From Candidatus Gaiellasilicea maunaloa (GTDB lineage: Bacteria; Actinomycetota; Thermoleophilia; Gaiellales; Gaiellaceae), in the NCBI GenBank assembly GCA_024330215.1, contig JANDLU010000008.1:1022-65021 (forward strand): a stretch of 64,000 nucleotides of DNA, in the 5' to 3' direction. This document shows, in pieces, positions 59,940 to 64,000 of this stretch. The position numbers and the translations under genes were made by a program. Each line of letters opens with the position of its first letter. Position 1 is the first letter of the stretch. A model generated the notes under the pieces. The model had not been told where the DNA came from and did no database searches. It saw only the letters and a list, made by a program, of their open reading frames with translations.

Positions 59940-60663
59940 GCGCTCGCGCCCGGCTTTCTACGCCCTCGCCTCAGGCGGGTGGCGTGACTACGTCACACTT
60001 CTCCATCCGCCCTATACCGCTTGGCATCTCTCCTTCGTCGCGATCGGCGCGGCTCTCACACCCGCCTTCTCACTCTCCCGTCTGCTCCCGACCCTGGCGG
60101 CGTTCTTCCTTGCCGTCGGCATCGGAGCACACGCGCTCGACGAGCTCCAAGGGCGGCCTTTGCAGACGCGTATTCCCGACGCCGTGCTCGTCGCCCTGGG
60201 CGCTGCCTCGCTCGTGCTCGCAGTCGGGATCGGCGCGGTAGGCGCCGCGGTCGTCGATCCGTGGATCGGCGCGTTCGTCGGCGCGGGCTCATTCATCGTC
60301 GTCGCGTACAGCCTCGAGCTCTTTGCCGGTCGCTTCCACACCGACTATTGGTTCGCGCTCTCCTGGGGATCGTTCCCTGTCCTGACGGGGTTCTTCGCTG
60401 CGGCCGGGACGGTCAGCCTTGCGGCGCTCTTGGGCGCACTCTTCGCATTCGCTCTCAGCCTCGCGCAGCGTCATCTCTCCACGCGCGTCCGGGACGTCCG
60501 CCGCCGTGTCGCCCGTGTGACCGGGACCGTCACGTGGCACGACGGATCGGTGGAGCCGATCACGGCATCCGATCTGGCGAAGGCGGAGGAGGTCGCGCTC
60601 CGGGCTCTGACCGGCGCGACGGTCGCGCTCGCCGCGGCGCTCGTCGCCATGCGCGTGGCGTGA
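59929..60663 (+). CDS. integral membrane protein of unknown function
   Basis: 244 aa with ~7 hydrophobic segments. 11-nt overlap with the methyltransferase gene. Confidence 0.55.
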   Translation: MATERSRPAFYALASGGWRDYVTLLHPPYTAWHLSFVAIGAALTPAFSLSRLLPTLAAFFLAVGIGAHALDELQGRPLQTRIPDAVLVALGAASLVLAVGIGAVGAAVVDPWIGAFVGAGSFIVVAYSLELFAGRFHTDYWFALSWGSFPVLTGFFAAAGTVSLAALLGALFAFALSLAQRHLSTRVRDVRRRVARVTGTVTWHDGSVEPITASDLAKAEEVALRALTGATVALAAALVAMRVA

Positions 60664-60759
60664 CCGAAAGCTCGCGCAACCGACTGCGACGGTGCACGCT
60701 TCAGGCGCACGCAGAAGATGTGAGAGCGTTCCGCAGGCGGGAAGACGGAGGCGGCGGAC

Positions 60760-61680
60760 GTGCCCGCGCACAATGAGATCAGCGTCGTAACCGGTGCATT
60801 CGGCTTCACCGGTAAGTACATCGTCCGGAGGCTTCTTTCTCGCGGGAACAGCGTGAGGACGCTTACCGACCATCCCGAGCGCCTCGATCCCTTTGGGGGG
60901 ACGGTCGAAGTTTCCCCATTCAACTTCGCCGATCGCTCGGCGCTCGTGCGGAGTCTCCGGGGCGCGAGCACGCTCTACAACACCTATTGGGTCCGCTTTC
61001 CCTACCGCCAGGTCACGTACGAGGAAGCGCTCGCGAACACGCGCGTCCTCCTCGGGGCTGCTGAGGATGCCGGCCTGCGAAGGATCGTCCACCTCAGCAT
61101 CACGAACCCATCGGAAGAATCACCGCACGCGTATTTCCGCGGCAAGGCGATCGTCGAGCGCGAGATCCGCGCGTCGCGCTTATCCCACGCAATCTTGCGT
61201 CCGACGGTCATTTTCGGGACGGAGGACATCCTGATTAACAACATCGCATGGTTCCTGAGGCGCTTTCCGCTCTTTTTCGTCCCCGGTTCTGGCGACTACA
61301 GACTCCAGCCCGTCTTCGTCGAGGACGTTGCCGTGGAGGCCGGAGAAAGAGAGGACAACACGACCATCGATGCCGTCGGCCCCGAGACGTTCACGTTCGA
61401 GGCGCTCGTGCGCCGGGTCGCAGAGCAGTTAGGAAGCCGGGCCAAGATCATCCATGCAACCCCGCGTCTCGCGCTCACGCTCTCCGACATCGTGGGGCGC
61501 ATGGTCCGCGACGTCATCCTCACGCGAGACGAGCTCGAGGGGTTGATGGCGAATTTGCTCGTATCCGAGAGTGAGCCAACGGGGCGGACGTCCTTCAGCA
61601 GCTGGCTCGAGGCAAACTCAGCAACCGTCGGGAAAAGATACGCCTCTGAACTTGCCAGGCGATACCGCGCAGCGAAGTAG
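60760..61680 (+). CDS. NAD(P)-binding SDR/NmrA-like epimerase family protein
   Basis: 'ISVVTGAFGFTGKYIVRRLL' Rossmann motif. Confidence 0.7.
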   Translation: MPAHNEISVVTGAFGFTGKYIVRRLLSRGNSVRTLTDHPERLDPFGGTVEVSPFNFADRSALVRSLRGASTLYNTYWVRFPYRQVTYEEALANTRVLLGAAEDAGLRRIVHLSITNPSEESPHAYFRGKAIVEREIRASRLSHAILRPTVIFGTEDILINNIAWFLRRFPLFFVPGSGDYRLQPVFVEDVAVEAGEREDNTTIDAVGPETFTFEALVRRVAEQLGSRAKIIHATPRLALTLSDIVGRMVRDVILTRDELEGLMANLLVSESEPTGRTSFSSWLEANSATVGKRYASELARRYRAAK

Positions 61681-62041
61681 GCACGTCTGGCGTGGCGTAC
61701 AGCCCGATTTCCCCCGGGCAGAGGCTCACGTGTGGGATGCCAAAATAAGCGTCCTGCCTGCAAATCGTGGCGGCGTAGTGTCGGACGGCATGCTGCACGT
61801 CCGTCATCCCGATGTCGAAGTCGGCCGCTCGGGGCGGACGTGGTGGCGGGCCAACTTGCCGTCTGGCTTCGTCTTCGGGCAAGCCGTTGGCAATCAGGAT
61901 CGCTGCTCGGTTTGCCTGGTCGTGAAGGTGTTCGCTCATTTGCGCTTTCCTGTCGGTTTCGGGGTGAGGTTGCGGGTGCATTTTGAGCAGCGTTTGTTCT
62001 TGCTGCCGACAGGCGATCCGCAGCCGCTACATCGGTGCGTC

Positions 62042-62674
62042 TTACGTGGCAACGAGGGCTTCCTCCTCTTCGCTAGGGGCGGCGAGGGCCGTCTCGCGGG
62101 CCTCCCAGGCCAGTCGGTACGACGCGGGCGGTTCAGTGTTCGACCACTGGCCGAGAGGGCCGATGCTGCCGTCGAGCCAGGCCTGCCAGACGACAGCTCG
62201 CTCGGCCGGATCGAGCGGCGCGTGGCGGTGGTGGTTGTAGTCGTCCCTGCGCTGCTCGGTGCTGCGTTCTGAGGTGGCGAGTTCGTGCAGCATCTTCGCG
62301 TTCGCCTTCTCGGTTGGGCTGGCCTTCGTCCCGTCCTGTCGCCGTTTCCAGGGCTTGGCGTTCGGGTGAACCTTGCGGAGTGCTTCGACTTGCTCTGGCG
62401 AGTAGGTCGCAGACCTTTCGCGGTTCCCGGCCGGTTTGATCTTGAGCTTCCTGAGCGTCGAGCGGACGTGGGTCAACGAGCAGCCGAGCTGCTCTGCGAT
62501 CTCGGGGGCCGTGTAGAGGCGGTCGATCACGTCTTGCCTTTGCTGCGCTTCGCCAGCCACTTCTCGACGGCCGTGGCGTCGAAGCGGTAGAGCGGCTTCT
62601 TCGGCGTCCCGCAGTTTCGGCGGGGACAACCCTCTGAGACCCAGTTCTGGACGGTTCGGCGCTTCACGCGCCAC
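62042..62674 (-). CDS. hypothetical HTH-containing protein (phage/mobile-element-like); start uncertain
   Basis: 'LYTAPEIAEQLGCSLTHVRSTLRKL' HTH followed by a Lys/Arg-rich linker. No other motif recognised. Confidence 0.45.
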   Translation of the reverse strand: MAREAPNRPELGLRGLSPPKLRDAEEAALPLRRHGRREVAGEAQQRQDVIDRLYTAPEIAEQLGCSLTHVRSTLRKLKIKPAGNRERSATYSPEQVEALRKVHPNAKPWKRRQDGTKASPTEKANAKMLHELATSERSTEQRRDDYNHHRHAPLDPAERAVVWQAWLDGSIGPLGQWSNTEPPASYRLAWEARETALAAPSEEEEALVAT

Positions 62675-62729
62675 TCTCCCTGTGGGTGCGCCAACTCAGC
62701 CGGCCGGGTTTACGCACCCCACACGCACT

Positions 62730-63431
62730 TCACGCGCCGGTCAAGTGGCCGACGCAGGCGCCTGGCTCGGCGAAAGGCTCGAGCCAGTCCGCTTCGACGC
62801 CAGTCCCGAGCTCCGCCAGCGCTCCCCTAATGAGACCGAGATGGAGCGGACAGATGACGGCCTGGTAGCTCGTCGCCACCTCCTGGAAGGGACAGCGCTG
62901 GAGCACGAGCTCCTGCCCGCTCTTCGCTCGCCTGAGCTCGGGCCTGAAACCGAGCTGCTCGTGAAGACGAACGACCTCGTCGATCGTCTCCTCCTTCGAG
63001 GTCGACGTGAACGGTGCCGGCCGGCCAACGAGATGGGCGCCCCACGCCCGTCCAGCCTCCTCGGCGCGAGCGCTGGGGTCGCGCTCTGAGCCAGCGAGGG
63101 AGCTGGCGAGGATCTGTGCAAGCAGGCGATAGCTGGCGAGCGGGGGTGCGTCGAGAGCCTCGGCCGTCGTGGCCTCGTAGAGGACGCGTGGCCGGCCCGG
63201 GCGGGTGCGCTCCTCGCGTCGTGCCGAGACGAGGCCTGCCTCGGCGAGGACGCGAAGGTGGGAACGGACGGTGTTCACGTGCAAGCCGACGCGCGTTGCA
63301 AGCTCACGGGCGTCGAGAGGCGCCTCAGCCTGCTGCACGAGTTCGAGGATCCGCACACGGCTTGGGTCGCTCAGTGCGCGATGGAGCGTCGTACCCTGCT
63401 GAGCGACTGCCCGGCTCGTCGTCCTTGTCAC
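62730..63431 (-). CDS. ArsR-family winged-helix regulator, possibly SufR
   Basis: 'LSDPSRVRILELVQQAEAPLDARELATRVGLHVNTVRSHLRVLAEAGLV' ArsR HTH. C-terminal Cys residues ('RCPFQEV...VICPLH...GACVGH'). Divergent from sufB. Confidence 0.65.
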   Translation of the reverse strand: MTRTTSRAVAQQGTTLHRALSDPSRVRILELVQQAEAPLDARELATRVGLHVNTVRSHLRVLAEAGLVSARREERTRPGRPRVLYEATTAEALDAPPLASYRLLAQILASSLAGSERDPSARAEEAGRAWGAHLVGRPAPFTSTSKEETIDEVVRLHEQLGFRPELRRAKSGQELVLQRCPFQEVATSYQAVICPLHLGLIRGALAELGTGVEADWLEPFAEPGACVGHLTGA

Positions 63432-63566
63432 GATCAGATCCTATCCACGTCGTGGGTGTTTAACTGATAGTAATCGTTTCTACTGTACAATCATGACAAA
63501 CACGAGAGACGGCGGGCGGCAAGTGGGTCCGTGCCACTCTCCCGACAAGGTGGGAGGTGAGTCGTG
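63432..63566. promoter_or_regulatory. divergent sufR-like/sufB intergenic region with an AT-rich core (probable promoters/operator)
   Basis: By eye, the most AT-rich stretch of the window ('GTGTTTAACTGATAGTAATCGTTTCTACTGTACAATCATGACAAACAC'). GTGTTT...AAACAC inverted ends and an internal TGTACA palindrome. GGGAGGTGAG RBS before sufB. Confidence 0.4.
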
Positions 63567-64000
63567 ATGGCGATGACAGAGAGTGAGGTCGTCCAGGGGA
63601 TCCGTGACGACTACAAGTACGGCTTCTCGAACTCGGACGAGGCGGAGAACTACTTCTTCAAGTCGGGTCGCGGCCTCTCGCACGAGGTCGTGGAGGCGAT
63701 CGCCGAGCACAAGCAGGAGCCGGACTGGATGCGCAAGTTCCGGCACCGCTCGCTCGACTACTTCCTGGCCCGGCCGCTTCCCACCTGGGGTGGCAACGTC
63801 GGCGAGATCGATTTCGAGAACATCTACTACTACATCAAGCCGACCGAGAAGCAGGTCTCGAAGTGGGAGGACCTGCCGGCCGACATCCTCGACACCTGGG
63901 ACAAGCTCGGGATCCCGGAGGCGGAGAAGAAGTACCTCGCCGGGGTCGGTGCCCAGTACGAATCGGAGGTCGTCTACCACAAGCTCCAGGCCGACCTCGA
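63567..64000 (+). CDS. sufB: Fe-S cluster assembly protein SufB (5' part; continues beyond the window)
   Basis: My own translation from ATG 63567 reads 'MAMTESEVVQGIRDDYKYGFSNSDEAENYFFKSGRGLSHEVVEAIAEHKQEPDWMRKFR...YYYIKP...WDKLGIPEAEKKYLAGVGAQYESEVVYH', a typical SufB N-terminus. It is absent from the ORF track because no stop occurs before the window end. Confidence 0.85.
   Translation, partial: MAMTESEVVQGIRDDYKYGFSNSDEAENYFFKSGRGLSHEVVEAIAEHKQEPDWMRKFRHRSLDYFLARPLPTWGGNVGEIDFENIYYYIKPTEKQVSKWEDLPADILDTWDKLGIPEAEKKYLAGVGAQYESEVVYHKLQADL

Noticed and set aside
61571-62272. 233-aa plus-strand ORF across the 61.6-62.3 kb region.
   Set aside because: Arg/Gly/Val-rich shadow frame opposite the HTH-containing ORF. 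It overlaps the end of the epimerase gene.

Overview
High-GC, Actinomycetota-like chromosomal window of 64 kb. All family names come from motif recognition by eye, not from database searches. The left ~38 kb is an accessory defence and mobility island. (i) Three orphan genes, including a divergent P-loop ATPase (25-3220). (ii) A complete six-gene type 2 BREX / Pgl operon, pglW-pglX-pglY-pglZ-brxD-brxHI (3456-22295). Its methyltransferase gene pglX is split after codon 41 by a ~1.47-kb IS110-family element (7714-9196), and deleting exactly 1478 bp restores one 1200-codon frame. (iii) A convergent, frameshifted gene with a C-terminal HEPN-like RNDIVH motif (22309-23359). (iv) A mobilisation backbone of HTH, small ORF, DUF932-like, ParB-like and MobF/TrwC relaxase-helicase genes (23408-29920), with no integrase or mating-pore genes in view. 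(v) A two-gene operon of a DUF2225-like zinc-ribbon/helical protein plus an unknown protein (30116-32412). (vi) An IS nest (32445-35024) holding an IS3-family element, a 3' remnant of an IS110-type transposase gene, and an IS982-family element with perfect 18-bp inverted repeats. (vii) A PD-(D/E)xK-motif gene plus two orphans (35270-37972). The right ~26 kb looks like core metabolism. It holds an RpiR, HAD, ABC importer and PhnP/PqqB-like MBL cluster, then mgtC. A LacI regulator precedes a full myo-inositol catabolic cluster (iolG, iolD, iolC, iolB, iolE-like, aldolase, iolA/mmsA). Two ECF sigma factors follow, one of them ECF41/SigJ-like and next to an epimerase. There is a 44-nt tRNA-Asp(GUC) 3'-half remnant that may be an old att site. 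Methyltransferase, membrane and epimerase genes follow, then a small HTH-containing insertion, then a divergent ArsR/SufR-like regulator and sufB pair at the right edge. I saw no rRNA, no intact tRNA and no CRISPR array.
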